The notes under the pieces: generated by a model | The model's input: the letters and a program-made list of their open reading frames with translations, nothing else | What the model was told of the DNA's origin: nothing | Databases searched by the model: none | Part shown: piece by piece, positions 49,990 to 60,046 of the stretch | Numbering within the stretch: position 1 is the stretch's first letter | Layout: every line of letters starts with the position of its first letter | Position numbers and translations under genes: made by a program | NCBI GenBank assembly: GCA_021513695.1 | Contig: CP084166.1 | Coordinates: forward strand, 2,880,001-2,944,000 | Length of the DNA stretch: 64,000 nt | Source: Candidatus Heimdallarchaeum aukensis | GTDB taxonomy: Archaea; Asgardarchaeota; Heimdallarchaeia; Heimdallarchaeales; Heimdallarchaeaceae | Reading direction: 5' to 3'

Positions 49990-51362
49990 AATTTAACCTC
50001 CATTTCAGGAAATAATGTCATAAAATGCGCAATAATTAATTGACGAACTAGTAGTCTTTTGTATTTTGCACTTCCTCTTACATCACTTATAGGACTTATT
50101 TCTGAGTCAGCTATTTCTAACGCTTCTCTAACTACTTCAGAATTAACCTCTTTATCATTTAGAAAGTTTGAAGTTTTTTCTAAATATTTAGGAACGGGAG
50201 CTACTCCTCCTACAGATAAATGGACATTCTTGATCTTATTTTCTTCTTTTTCAAACGATATTGCGCTGTTTACACTTGCTATATCTACATATTTTCGCAT
50301 AGCTACTTTTTCAAAATTGAAAAATCTCTTTTTTGATTTAATTCTTAACGATTCTACCACTTCTCCTTCTTCTAAATCCATTTGTTTGTATCCTTTGTAA
50401 AAATCTTTAAGAGGTAGAATTCTACTTTTTTCTCCTTTTCTCAATGATATTTCTGCTCCTAATCCTAAAAAATAGATTGTTAAATCTCCTATTGGAGACG
50501 CATTAACTAGGTTCCCTCCTAAAGTCGCTCTTATTCTTATTGGTAACGCAGAAACAACTCTTAAATCATTCTTTATATCAAAAAGCTCATTCAACTCTTC
50601 TGATAAGCGAATATCTTCCATACTCGCTAAAGCACCAATGTAAATATACCCATCTTCTTCCCAAATATCGTTTCTAATTTGCAGTTGAGACAGAAAAACA
50701 GGTTTTTCTATTTTCTCTCTTTGAACAAGTAAATCTGTTGCTCCTGCGACATTTGTTCCTTTACCATTTGATTCTAATTTTTCATTTAATTTCTCTAATT
50801 TTTCATGTATATTTTTAAAATATTCAGGAATAACGCCTAATTCAATTAGATAATTAACTCTCGCCGAATAATTAAGATCTTCTACTTTTATTTTTTCAGC
50901 TATTTTTTCTGCAGCACGCTTTATTGCTGCATAAGTTCCACATCTACACAAATTACCTTCAATTGCTGTTAAGATATCTTCTTTTACAAAAATTTCATTT
51001 AAGAAAAATCCAGTCAAACTCATAACAAAACCAGGAGTGCAAAATCCACACTGTGAAGCTCCTTCCTCCACTATTGCTTCTTGAATTGGAGTTAACTTTT
51101 CTTGATTTATTCCTTCAATAGTTACAACATGTTTTCCTATTATTTCTCCTAGAGGTAATATACAAGAAGTAACAGCTTTATATTTTACTGTAGATTCTTC
51201 CATTTCTCCAAGTAAAATCATACAAGCGCCACATTCTCCTTCATGACAAGCTTCTTTTACTCCAGTGAATCCTTTTTTTCTTAAAAAATCTAAAGTTGAA
51301 CTTCCTAAAGGAGCATCTATTTCTTCAATTTTGTTATTTAGTACGAACTTCATTTTTTTCAC
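49986..51362 (-). CDS. Fused [2Fe-2S] ferredoxin + FAD-binding (CoxS+CoxM-like) subunit of the molybdenum hydroxylase.
   Basis: CHEGECGACMILLG, QCGFCTPGFVMS and CRCGTY (two 2Fe-2S clusters), followed by a FAD-binding PCMH-type domain (GTNVAGATDLLVQ...). The stop overlaps the large-subunit start. Confidence 0.8.
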   Translation of the reverse strand: MKKMKFVLNNKIEEIDAPLGSSTLDFLRKKGFTGVKEACHEGECGACMILLGEMEESTVKYKAVTSCILPLGEIIGKHVVTIEGINQEKLTPIQEAIVEEGASQCGFCTPGFVMSLTGFFLNEIFVKEDILTAIEGNLCRCGTYAAIKRAAEKIAEKIKVEDLNYSARVNYLIELGVIPEYFKNIHEKLEKLNEKLESNGKGTNVAGATDLLVQREKIEKPVFLSQLQIRNDIWEEDGYIYIGALASMEDIRLSEELNELFDIKNDLRVVSALPIRIRATLGGNLVNASPIGDLTIYFLGLGAEISLRKGEKSRILPLKDFYKGYKQMDLEEGEVVESLRIKSKKRFFNFEKVAMRKYVDIASVNSAISFEKEENKIKNVHLSVGGVAPVPKYLEKTSNFLNDKEVNSEVVREALEIADSEISPISDVRGSAKYKRLLVRQLIIAHFMTLFPEMEVKL

Positions 51363-51519
51363 TGTTTTCTATTCTACCAAACATATCATAGCTCAAAGTT
51401 TACCTTTTAATGAGCTATAATATACTCTATTTATTACAAAGTTTCTAATTTTACGATATAAGTCTTATTAATCAAACAATTTATTTTCTTATTTTTTATG
51501 CAAGTGATTTGTTTTTCAA

Positions 51520-52758
51520 TTATTGAGTTTCGAACATCTTAACTATTTCTTCTTTTGAATATGACTTACTTGAGATAACTCCTTCTACAGCTTTAATATC
51601 TTTTAATCCATTTCCAGTTACAGCGACACAGACAGAATCTTCTTTTCTTATTTTTCCTTCTTTTATTAATTTTTTCAATCCTGCATATGGTGCTACAGCA
51701 GCTGGTTCTGCAAATAAGCCTGTTTCTTTTCCTAATTCTGAAATTGCTTCCAATATTTCTTCATCACTTACAGTCACATAGTATCCTCCACTTTCAGCGA
51801 CATATTTACAAGCTTTAATTACATCCCTTGGTGTTCCCACACTTATACTATCGGCAACTGTTGAGCCTTTAATTGGATGAGGAGTATAAGGTTCTCCTTT
51901 GTCAAAAACATGTTTAATTGCAGCTATTCCTTCTGCTTGTACTCCTATTATTTTAGGTATTGATTCTATTAATCCTATTTCCTTAAACTCTTTAAAACCC
52001 TTATACAGAGAACTTACTACTGTTCCATCTCCCACTCCTACAAGAACATAATCTGGAACTTTGAAATCATTTTGTACTGCAATCTCAAAGGCTCCCGTTT
52101 TTTTTCCCTCCAACAAATAAGGATTTATTGCTGCATGTCTGCAATACCACCCTTTCTTCAACCCAAGTTCCAAAGATAGATCATAAACTTCATCATATGT
52201 TCCTTCTACAGCGAAAACTTTTGCTCCTGATATTTCTAGTTGAGCTCTCTTTCCTCCGGGTATAGTTGAGGGGACGAAAATATAAGTTTCCATGGGCGTA
52301 TGAGCATTTAGCATAGCTAAAGAAGAGGCAGCATTACCTGTTGAAGCACAGAAAACAGTATCATTTTTTTCATCCAGAGCCATATTTATTGCTATTGAAC
52401 TTGCTCTATCTTTGTAAGAACTTGAAGGATTAGACCCATCATATTTTAACATTAAATCTTTTAAACCCAGTAAATCGAATTTATATAAGGGAGTTCCTCC
52501 TACATAGGGATCAAATTTTCCTTTTGCCTTTGTTGGTAAAAGAAAATCAAATTGATACATTGAAGCTTTTTTATAGAAATTCTTCTGAACTACGACGGGG
52601 TTCTCTTTTATCTTTTCATAGTCATAGATCACTTCAAGTGTACCCATAATTGGTCCACATTTTTCACAGAAGTATAGTCCTGGTCTAGGTTCATATTCTT
52701 TTTTGCAAGAAATGCAACGAAGGAAGTAGCTGCTCATTTGAATTCCTCTTTTTTTCAT
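51520..52758 (-). CDS. Threonine-synthase-family PLP enzyme (fold type II) with an N-terminal zinc ribbon.
   Basis: CISCKKEY...CEKCG Zn ribbon, VGGTPLYKF, then GSNPSSSYKDRASS (the TS-type xNPTGSFKDRG PLP-lysine motif) and GNAASS. Confidence 0.65.
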   Translation of the reverse strand: MKKRGIQMSSYFLRCISCKKEYEPRPGLYFCEKCGPIMGTLEVIYDYEKIKENPVVVQKNFYKKASMYQFDFLLPTKAKGKFDPYVGGTPLYKFDLLGLKDLMLKYDGSNPSSSYKDRASSIAINMALDEKNDTVFCASTGNAASSLAMLNAHTPMETYIFVPSTIPGGKRAQLEISGAKVFAVEGTYDEVYDLSLELGLKKGWYCRHAAINPYLLEGKKTGAFEIAVQNDFKVPDYVLVGVGDGTVVSSLYKGFKEFKEIGLIESIPKIIGVQAEGIAAIKHVFDKGEPYTPHPIKGSTVADSISVGTPRDVIKACKYVAESGGYYVTVSDEEILEAISELGKETGLFAEPAAVAPYAGLKKLIKEGKIRKEDSVCVAVTGNGLKDIKAVEGVISSKSYSKEEIVKMFETQ

Positions 52759-53837
52759 GTTAATACTCCACTAATTGCATCATAAGGACAACGAGATTCG
52801 CATAAACCGCACTGGATGCATTTGTTTTTGTCAACAATAATTTTTCCATCCTCTGATAATGCTCCAGCAGGACATATTTTCACGCAAAGACCACATAATG
52901 TGCACTTTTCATTAAATTCTGGAAAATTATTCTCTTTTTCTTCTTCAACTCTGAAAATAGTCTCCTTCCTTACTTTTCTTATTTCCTCAATTGATGAGAA
53001 ACCATACTTTTCCAATGCCTTAGGTAGATCTTTCACTATTTTATCGTAAAGATATCTCCCTTTAATTAAAGCGGAAGAAAGCATTTGAACCAAATCAGCT
53101 CCTGCAAAAATGAACTCTAACACATCTTCAGCTTTTGCTATTCCTCCTACTCCAATAATTGGTAAATCAGGAAAAGCTTTTCTTATATGATATACTCTAT
53201 GCAAAGCTATAGGTTTGATAGCTGGTCCACTGATCCACACTTCATCTCCAAGTAAGAGAGAACGGTTCTTTAGATCTACTGCAGTAGCTGGTCCTAAAGA
53301 GTTTATTGCTACTATTCCTGTAGCTCCAGCGTCAATTACTGTTTTTACGAAACCCAGATAGTCTGTTACATGAGGGCTGAGTTTCATAAAAATAGGTTTA
53401 TCTGTATTTTCCCTTATACTTCTCACGATTCCATCTAGATTTTCTTTGACATAATGTGTTGAAATTTCAAAGAAATCAGCAAAAGGGTCTAGCTTTGGAA
53501 TTAAATATCTAAAGTCTTCTTCTACATATCCTGCACTTATAATCAGTGGTTTATTTTTTTCCGAGTGAACTTTCGGTAGAATAGTTTCTATCCATTCATC
53601 AGAATGAAGTTCTGACCATAATTCTCTGTTATAAATTGTGTTTGATGTACCAGCTATACAAGGTTTCTTTACTACTGCTCCTTTTATTGAAATGGTTTTT
53701 GAGACCATGTAACCACAAGAATTGTTATTAAAAAACAGCATATTCTCTAATCCTTCACATAACGGTCCAGCAGCAGGACCTAAAGGGTTTGAAAATTTTT
53801 TTCCTAATAGTTCTATTGACAGATCCATTTTTTTCAC
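52755..53837 (-). CDS. Dihydroorotate/dihydropyrimidine dehydrogenase family TIM-barrel protein with a C-terminal 2x[4Fe-4S] ferredoxin domain (PreA-like).
   Basis: DHOD/DPD-like barrel (GPAAGPL..., ...IGVGGI...). C-terminal CTLCGLCVKICP and CIQCGLCESRCP. Confidence 0.7.
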   Translation of the reverse strand: MKKMDLSIELLGKKFSNPLGPAAGPLCEGLENMLFFNNNSCGYMVSKTISIKGAVVKKPCIAGTSNTIYNRELWSELHSDEWIETILPKVHSEKNKPLIISAGYVEEDFRYLIPKLDPFADFFEISTHYVKENLDGIVRSIRENTDKPIFMKLSPHVTDYLGFVKTVIDAGATGIVAINSLGPATAVDLKNRSLLLGDEVWISGPAIKPIALHRVYHIRKAFPDLPIIGVGGIAKAEDVLEFIFAGADLVQMLSSALIKGRYLYDKIVKDLPKALEKYGFSSIEEIRKVRKETIFRVEEEKENNFPEFNEKCTLCGLCVKICPAGALSEDGKIIVDKNKCIQCGLCESRCPYDAISGVLT

Positions 53838-53844
53838 TTTCCAA

Positions 53845-55155
53845 TTAATTCATTTTTTCTATTCTTTCCCATAATTTTTTAGAAGCATCAGTTGCTTCTT
53901 TGTAAATCGTTTCTTCTTCAAAAATACTATTGTACTCTTTTATTAGAGGTTTGCCTTTTACAAATACCCAAGAAGGTTTAAGGTTATCAAATATTCCAAA
54001 GAATAAATGGCCAAAAACGTTATTCTCATTCATTGTTGTGGGTTGAATATAGTCAACTAATATAAAGTCAGCAACATAATCTTCTTTTATTTTTCCGATT
54101 TTTATATTCATCATCTTTCCAAAATATTCGTAAGAATGAACAATATGTTCTTTTATCTCATCTAAGCCTATTCCTACAGGATTTTTCATTCCTGCTTTTC
54201 CTAAGTAAAACAGGTTAGTCCATTCTTTGGCTATATTTGTACCTAGACCATCAGTTCCTATCAAAATAGGGATATTGAATTGTTTATAAAGAGAGTAGTT
54301 GAAAAATCCTACAGCGTTGTTTAGATTAGAAGTTGGATTAAGAGCTATATAGGCTCCTTTTTTACTCATTATTTCTGCTTCTTTTTCATTAATATGAACA
54401 CAATGTGCAAAAATCGAGTTTTCATTAATTAAATTGTAATCATCATATCTTTCTACCACTCTTTTACCGTATTTAGATAAAGAATCGTCTTCATCTTCTT
54501 TACTTTCTGCTACATGAACATGTATAGGATTTTTTTCGATTATTTTACTTATTTTCTCCAAAGTTTCATTCGATAAGCTCATCGAAGCATGTAAACCGAA
54601 CATACCTTTAGCATCAGAGGAGTTAAAAGCTAGTCCTGAGAGATTTTCTTCAATACACTCTTCAACATCAAACCTGTCACTTGTTTCAAAGCAAAAAATC
54701 CCTCTCATTCCTAAGGTTTCAACTATTGCTCTTTTTAATTCAGTTAAACTGCCTTTAATATCTATTCCACTTGCATGATGGTCTATAAGAGATGTAACTC
54801 CATTTTTCAGTGATTCTATTCCATAAACTAACCCACTGTAATAGATTGTTGGGTTATCTAATTGACTGTCAAACTTCCACCAAAGTTGTTCTAACAATTC
54901 TTTGAAGCTTGTAGGGTTGAAAGGTATGGAAGCTCCTCTTACTAATGTAGAATAAATATGTGTATGAAAATTGATTAAACCAGGAAGGAGAAGCTTGTTT
55001 TTACCGTCTATTACTTGATCAATCTCATCATTTTTTCTGAAATTATCCATTGAACCTACTTCAACGATTTTTTCATTGAACAAGCAATAACCATCATCAA
55101 TAAATGTATCATAGTCATAGATTTTCACGTTAACAATAGCTTTCATATACATCAC
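53845..55155 (-). CDS. SsnA/chlorohydrolase-like amidohydrolase (metal-dependent hydrolase superfamily).
   Basis: LLPGLINFHTHIYS (HxH metal motif), GTDG and downstream His/Asp ligands. Length is 436 aa. Confidence 0.65.
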   Translation of the reverse strand: MMYMKAIVNVKIYDYDTFIDDGYCLFNEKIVEVGSMDNFRKNDEIDQVIDGKNKLLLPGLINFHTHIYSTLVRGASIPFNPTSFKELLEQLWWKFDSQLDNPTIYYSGLVYGIESLKNGVTSLIDHHASGIDIKGSLTELKRAIVETLGMRGIFCFETSDRFDVEECIEENLSGLAFNSSDAKGMFGLHASMSLSNETLEKISKIIEKNPIHVHVAESKEDEDDSLSKYGKRVVERYDDYNLINENSIFAHCVHINEKEAEIMSKKGAYIALNPTSNLNNAVGFFNYSLYKQFNIPILIGTDGLGTNIAKEWTNLFYLGKAGMKNPVGIGLDEIKEHIVHSYEYFGKMMNIKIGKIKEDYVADFILVDYIQPTTMNENNVFGHLFFGIFDNLKPSWVFVKGKPLIKEYNSIFEEETIYKEATDASKKLWERIEKMN

Positions 55156-55162
55156 AATAGTC

Positions 55163-56494
55163 TTAGAAATTATAATGTTTTCTTTTCAGATAGTTTCCTT
55201 TAACATCTTTTCCTACAAATTTTCTTTCTTTAACTAAAAATTGTCCTCTTTGAATCGTACTTTCTACAATTCCTTTAACTTTTATTCCTTCATATGGACT
55301 ATAATCTGACTTAGAGTGTCCTGCATCTATAGTTAATTCTCTGTTTGGGTCAAATATAACCAAATCAGCATCAGAATCTTCTTGTACAACTCCCTTTTGA
55401 GGATAGAGACCGTGTATTTTTGCAGGATTTATAGTAAACTTATCTATAATGCTTGTACCAAAAAGGTTGTACATCAGTGAGAAGCTATATTCAATTCCTC
55501 CTATTCCTTTTGGGACTTTACTAACTTCAGAATATCTGTACTTTTCTTCCTTTGTGAAAGGGCAATGATCAGTGCCTATAGTATGTATAAGATCAATGTT
55601 TTTCCTTAATCTTCCTTGTTCTTCTTTTGAACGCAGAGGAGGAGCAAGTAAGAACAACCTCCCATCATCTCTTTTGTACACTTCTCGAGTTAACCAAAAA
55701 TACTGAGGGCAACTCTCTAAAAAGAGGTTTTTTCCTAATAAATCATTACAATCTTCTTTCATAAATTCTAAAGCTGTGCCTGTAGTTAAATGAACAATAT
55801 ATGCTCTTCCCTCTGTTTCTTTAACTATAGTTGAAAGTTTCTCAACTTCTTTTAACTCTGCTTCTACAGGCCTAGAGCTCTCATATTGACTTAATATTTC
55901 ATATTTTTTTGAATTTAAAATTATATTGTCGTTCTCTGCATGAATTAAGATTAATAAATTTTCAACCTTGGAAAGTTGTAACAATTCTTTTAGTTTTTCA
56001 TCTGAAATCTTTCTATCACTTTCAGAGTAAGTAGTAAAGAGTTTAATTGAGGGGATACCATGTTTTAGAGAAATTTTTACTAATTCATCCACTTTGTCTT
56101 TATAATTTCCTACTGTTGTATGAAAACTAAAGTCAATATGGGAAAGTTTTGACTCTTCAAGTTTTTGATCAAACTTTTCTTTAAATTCACTAACAAAACT
56201 TATTGGTTCTAAAAAGTCTATAAATGTTGTAACTCCTCCAAAAGCTGCTGCAATAGAACCACTTTCGTAATCGTCTGCAGAGATAAACTCTCCAAGATTT
56301 AAATTTAGATGTACATGAGGATCAATAAAACCTGGAAGAATTATCTTTCCTTCACAATTTATTTCTTCACTACAATCATGCTTTTCCTTGTTAGATGTAA
56401 TTTTTTTGATTTTTTCTCCATCTATGTAAATATTTTCATGAGTTAATGAACCATTTCTATAAACTAAGCCATTTATCAATCCTAAACTATACAT
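55163..56494 (-). CDS. Cyclic amidohydrolase (dihydropyrimidinase / D-hydantoinase / allantoinase family).
   Basis: ILPGFIDPHVHL (DxHxH), later Lys/His/Asp ligands (IVHLT, GTDHCP). Length is 443 aa. Confidence 0.75.
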   Translation of the reverse strand: MYSLGLINGLVYRNGSLTHENIYIDGEKIKKITSNKEKHDCSEEINCEGKIILPGFIDPHVHLNLNLGEFISADDYESGSIAAAFGGVTTFIDFLEPISFVSEFKEKFDQKLEESKLSHIDFSFHTTVGNYKDKVDELVKISLKHGIPSIKLFTTYSESDRKISDEKLKELLQLSKVENLLILIHAENDNIILNSKKYEILSQYESSRPVEAELKEVEKLSTIVKETEGRAYIVHLTTGTALEFMKEDCNDLLGKNLFLESCPQYFWLTREVYKRDDGRLFLLAPPLRSKEEQGRLRKNIDLIHTIGTDHCPFTKEEKYRYSEVSKVPKGIGGIEYSFSLMYNLFGTSIIDKFTINPAKIHGLYPQKGVVQEDSDADLVIFDPNRELTIDAGHSKSDYSPYEGIKVKGIVESTIQRGQFLVKERKFVGKDVKGNYLKRKHYNF

Positions 56495-56588
56495 TAATTT
56501 GATTTTAAATTTTTCACAAATATAGTTTTGGTTGAGTTTCTGTTTTCAATACAAACAATTTAATATATATTTTATTTTTTACTAATTA

Positions 56589-58052
56589 ATGACATTAATT
56601 CCTTTAGATATTAACTCTGAAACCAGAAAAGAGAACATTGAAAGAATAAAAGAGAGAGATATTATTATTCCTACTTTTGCTCAAATGAGGAATCCAGAAC
56701 TTATACCTTCCTCTATTAAAGAAGAATTAAAAGAGATTGGTCTATGGGATATTCATCCACGAAATCTCTTTAGAATAACTTGGAAAAATGAACCTGTTAA
56801 ATTCGGAGGAGGTTTTGGAGAACCTAACTACATTGAGCTTCCTCCTGAATTAACTGGAGTTGAAGCTAGAATCATTGCTTTGGTTGGAAAGTATTTTCCC
56901 ACTGGTGCTCACAAAGTAGGTGCAACTTTTGGTTGTTTAGCACCGCATTTAGTTTCTGGATCTTTTGATGTTAAAAGAATGAAAGCTGTGTGGCCAAGTA
57001 CAGGAAATTACTGTAGAGGAGGAGCTTACGTAGCTTCTTTATTAGCTTGTGAATCTATAGCTATCCTTCCAGAAGAAATGTCTCAAGAAAGGTTTAACTG
57101 GCTCAAAACTGTTGCTGGAGAGATTATTGCAACTCCAGGTTCAGAAAGTAATGTTAAGGAAATTTACGACAAAGTCTGGGAATTAAGAGCAGAGAGAGAA
57201 AATATTTTTGTTTTTAACCAATTTGAAGAATTCGGAAACTCTCTATTCCACTATGATGTCACTGGAAATGCTTTCAAAGAAGTTTTAAACAAAGAACTTG
57301 GTGGAGGAAGGTATCGTGGTGTTACTTTAACAACTGGTTCAGCGGGAACAATTGCCGTTGGAGATTTCCTCAAGGAATTATATCCCTCATCAAAAATTGC
57401 TGCAGGAGAAGCTTTACAATGTCCAACAATGTTACTAAATGGCTTTGGAGCGCATACAATTGAGGGAATAGGTGATAAACACATTCCGTGGATTCATAAC
57501 GTCAAAAACACAGACATGGTTATTGCAATCGATGACAGAGATGTAATGTCAATTATGCGTCTTTTCAATGAAGAAGAAGGAAAGAAATATCTGGTTGAAC
57601 AAGGAGTTTCAGAAGAAATCGTGAATAAACTTGATTTGTTGGGTCTATCCAGTATTGCTAACATGCTTATGGCTATAAAATTCTCAAAGTATTATGAACT
57701 TACAAGAGAAGATGTTGTACTCACAGTATTCACTGATAGCATGGAACTTTACCAATCTAGGATTTTAGAAATGAGACAAAAATATGGAGATTATAATGTT
57801 AGAGATGCAATTAAAGACTTTCATCTCAGTTTACATGGTCAAAAGTTAGATAACTTACTTGAACTTACTTATCCACAAAAAAGAAGGATACACAACCTCA
57901 AATATTTCACTTGGATTGAGCAACAAGGAAGGCAGTTAGAAGAACTTAATGAACAGTGGTACAACGACTCTTACTGGAAAGAATTACGAACTTACCCTGA
58001 TAAAATTGATGAATTAATTAATCAATTCAACGAAGAAGTGGGATTAATATAA
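56589..58052 (+). CDS. TrpB-like fold-type-II PLP-dependent enzyme with a C-terminal extension.
   Basis: FPTGAHKVGA resembles the TrpB HTGAHKIN PLP-lysine motif. TGSAGT is a Gly-rich phosphate loop. Length is 487 aa. Confidence 0.6.
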   Translation: MTLIPLDINSETRKENIERIKERDIIIPTFAQMRNPELIPSSIKEELKEIGLWDIHPRNLFRITWKNEPVKFGGGFGEPNYIELPPELTGVEARIIALVGKYFPTGAHKVGATFGCLAPHLVSGSFDVKRMKAVWPSTGNYCRGGAYVASLLACESIAILPEEMSQERFNWLKTVAGEIIATPGSESNVKEIYDKVWELRAERENIFVFNQFEEFGNSLFHYDVTGNAFKEVLNKELGGGRYRGVTLTTGSAGTIAVGDFLKELYPSSKIAAGEALQCPTMLLNGFGAHTIEGIGDKHIPWIHNVKNTDMVIAIDDRDVMSIMRLFNEEEGKKYLVEQGVSEEIVNKLDLLGLSSIANMLMAIKFSKYYELTREDVVLTVFTDSMELYQSRILEMRQKYGDYNVRDAIKDFHLSLHGQKLDNLLELTYPQKRRIHNLKYFTWIEQQGRQLEELNEQWYNDSYWKELRTYPDKIDELINQFNEEVGLI

Positions 58053-58067
58053 ACAAAAAAAGAAAAA

Positions 58068-59924
58068 TTATTTTTTTCTTTTTAATTTTTTAACTCTGGC
58101 CAGTTTGCGAATAAAATAAAGAAATGTCACGAGAAAAACTATCCCAAAAGTTGGTGCATAGAAAATAAAGTCATTAGTATAAATAAAAAGATCAATGTTA
58201 TCATTAAAGCCATCAAAATCTGTATCTTTAGAAAAGGGATTTGTTCTTTTATTATATTCTTTGGCATTCGAAACCCCATCGTCATCAAAATCTTCATTCC
58301 CATCATTAACACCGTTATTATCACTGTCAATACAAGTAGGAGAAGTGTTGAGACATGAAATTTCATAACCATCAGGAAGAGAATCATTATCTGTATCCTT
58401 TTCAGCAACATTAGTTCCGTACAAATGCTCGCTATAATCAGATAAGCAATCATTATCTTGGTCTACTGCTAAAGAGCTCCCTCGTTGTAACGAATTACCT
58501 CTTGCTGTTCCCCAATAGATCCTTTTTCCTGTTAATCCTTGAGAGAAATCGTAGGCATAAATACCTAATCCTGACCAAAGAAGAATGACTTCATTTTCTC
58601 CATCATTATCTAAATCAACAATGGCGCCTGTATCTACAATATCTACAGAATCAAGTCTTTCTTCACTAGATGGATTGCTTATCTTCCATAAAGTTTCACC
58701 TGTTTTACCATTTAAAGCATAGTAAGATTCACATCCACCAATTAGCACATCAAGTCTATTATCATTATTGAGGTCGCCTATTAGAGGAGTTGAAAAAGTA
58801 ATGTAGAAGCAATCACAATCTGGAATATTAAGAGATTTTCCAAATTTAAAAGACCAAATAAGTCTTCCTTTTAAACCATCAAGCACATATAATTTTCCAT
58901 CTTCGCTTGTGAATATTATATCTAGAACGCCATCACAGTTCAAATCTCCTAAAGATGAACGACTACCTATATTACCTCCAGTCATATACTCCCAAATCTT
59001 TCTTCCTGACTCAGCATCTATAGCATAGAAGAAATCATTATTTGATCCAACAAAAATTTCTAGTTTTCCATTCTCATCTACATCTGCAATTAATGGAGTT
59101 TTGAGAGTGTTATCTTTAGAATCTTTTTTCACAAAACTATGTTCCCAAAGTAGAGTATGGGTTTTTCCATCAACCGCTAACAGACTATCTAAATAGGTTC
59201 TAACAATAATATCATCGCATCCATCATCATTCAAATCCGTAACAGCAATAGTTCCAGATATGATTCGATAATCTTCATACTTCCATAATTCTGTTCCATT
59301 TTCAGGAGAAAGGCTAACAATTCCTCCTGGGTTGATTTGTTTATCCTTTTTCGAAGAAGAATAAGAAACTAAAACCTCTTGCTTTAAGTCATTATTTGTA
59401 TCTCCAAGTAGAGCATTACCAATATTATCTCCTGGAGGACTATAAGACCATATATTTGTAGAATCTTTCTCAAAAGCATATACAGTTCCATTTAAACCCA
59501 CGCTTAAAATAATTTCAAGTTCATTGTCCTTGTCTAAATCAAAAAGGTTAGCGCCGTAACACCATACAGTGGGAAACCAACAGCTTTCACATGTAAAGTT
59601 TTTACTCCAAAAAATGGAACCATTTAATCCATTAAGAGCGAATAAACCTAGATCACTAATACCTACTAGAACATCTAAGTTGTTATCATTGTTTATATCA
59701 ACAAATGAAATATCACCATAATTAGGAGATGGATTAATTAATCTCCATAAAACCTTATAATTACTATCGTTGAAAGAGGAGCTTCTAATACCAATGTTAT
59801 GTGTATTATTTGATTTACAAAAAGGAAAATCAAGTGCAACTGTAATATTTTTAATTGAAATAAAAGATAGTAACACAAAAAGTATTGTTGTTAAAAGAAG
59901 AATTTTTCTTTTATATATCGTCAT
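58068..59924 (-). CDS. Secreted beta-propeller (PQQ/FG-GAP-like) protein with thrombospondin-type-3-like Ca-binding repeats and a C-terminal TM + basic tail.
   Basis: Signal peptide ILLLTTILFVLLSFISIK. Repeated D.N.DG..D/ LDG..G motifs. DTDNDSLPDGYE, DSDNNGVNDGNEDFDDDGVSNAKE and DTDFDGFNDNID resemble TSP3-type DxDxDG repeats. C-terminus FGIVFLVTFLYFIRKLARVKKLKRKK. Confidence 0.65.
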   Translation of the reverse strand: MTIYKRKILLLTTILFVLLSFISIKNITVALDFPFCKSNNTHNIGIRSSSFNDSNYKVLWRLINPSPNYGDISFVDINNDNNLDVLVGISDLGLFALNGLNGSIFWSKNFTCESCWFPTVWCYGANLFDLDKDNELEIILSVGLNGTVYAFEKDSTNIWSYSPPGDNIGNALLGDTNNDLKQEVLVSYSSSKKDKQINPGGIVSLSPENGTELWKYEDYRIISGTIAVTDLNDDGCDDIIVRTYLDSLLAVDGKTHTLLWEHSFVKKDSKDNTLKTPLIADVDENGKLEIFVGSNNDFFYAIDAESGRKIWEYMTGGNIGSRSSLGDLNCDGVLDIIFTSEDGKLYVLDGLKGRLIWSFKFGKSLNIPDCDCFYITFSTPLIGDLNNDNRLDVLIGGCESYYALNGKTGETLWKISNPSSEERLDSVDIVDTGAIVDLDNDGENEVILLWSGLGIYAYDFSQGLTGKRIYWGTARGNSLQRGSSLAVDQDNDCLSDYSEHLYGTNVAEKDTDNDSLPDGYEISCLNTSPTCIDSDNNGVNDGNEDFDDDGVSNAKEYNKRTNPFSKDTDFDGFNDNIDLFIYTNDFIFYAPTFGIVFLVTFLYFIRKLARVKKLKRKK

Positions 59925-60046
59925 TAATCTATTATTAAAAAAAGCGTATATTAATATTAACTATCCAAGCTTACAAATTTAAACTCTTTAAAAAATGAAA
60001 AGAGAATATAAAAAATTTTAATTTACTAGGAAGAAAATTTCTTTTT

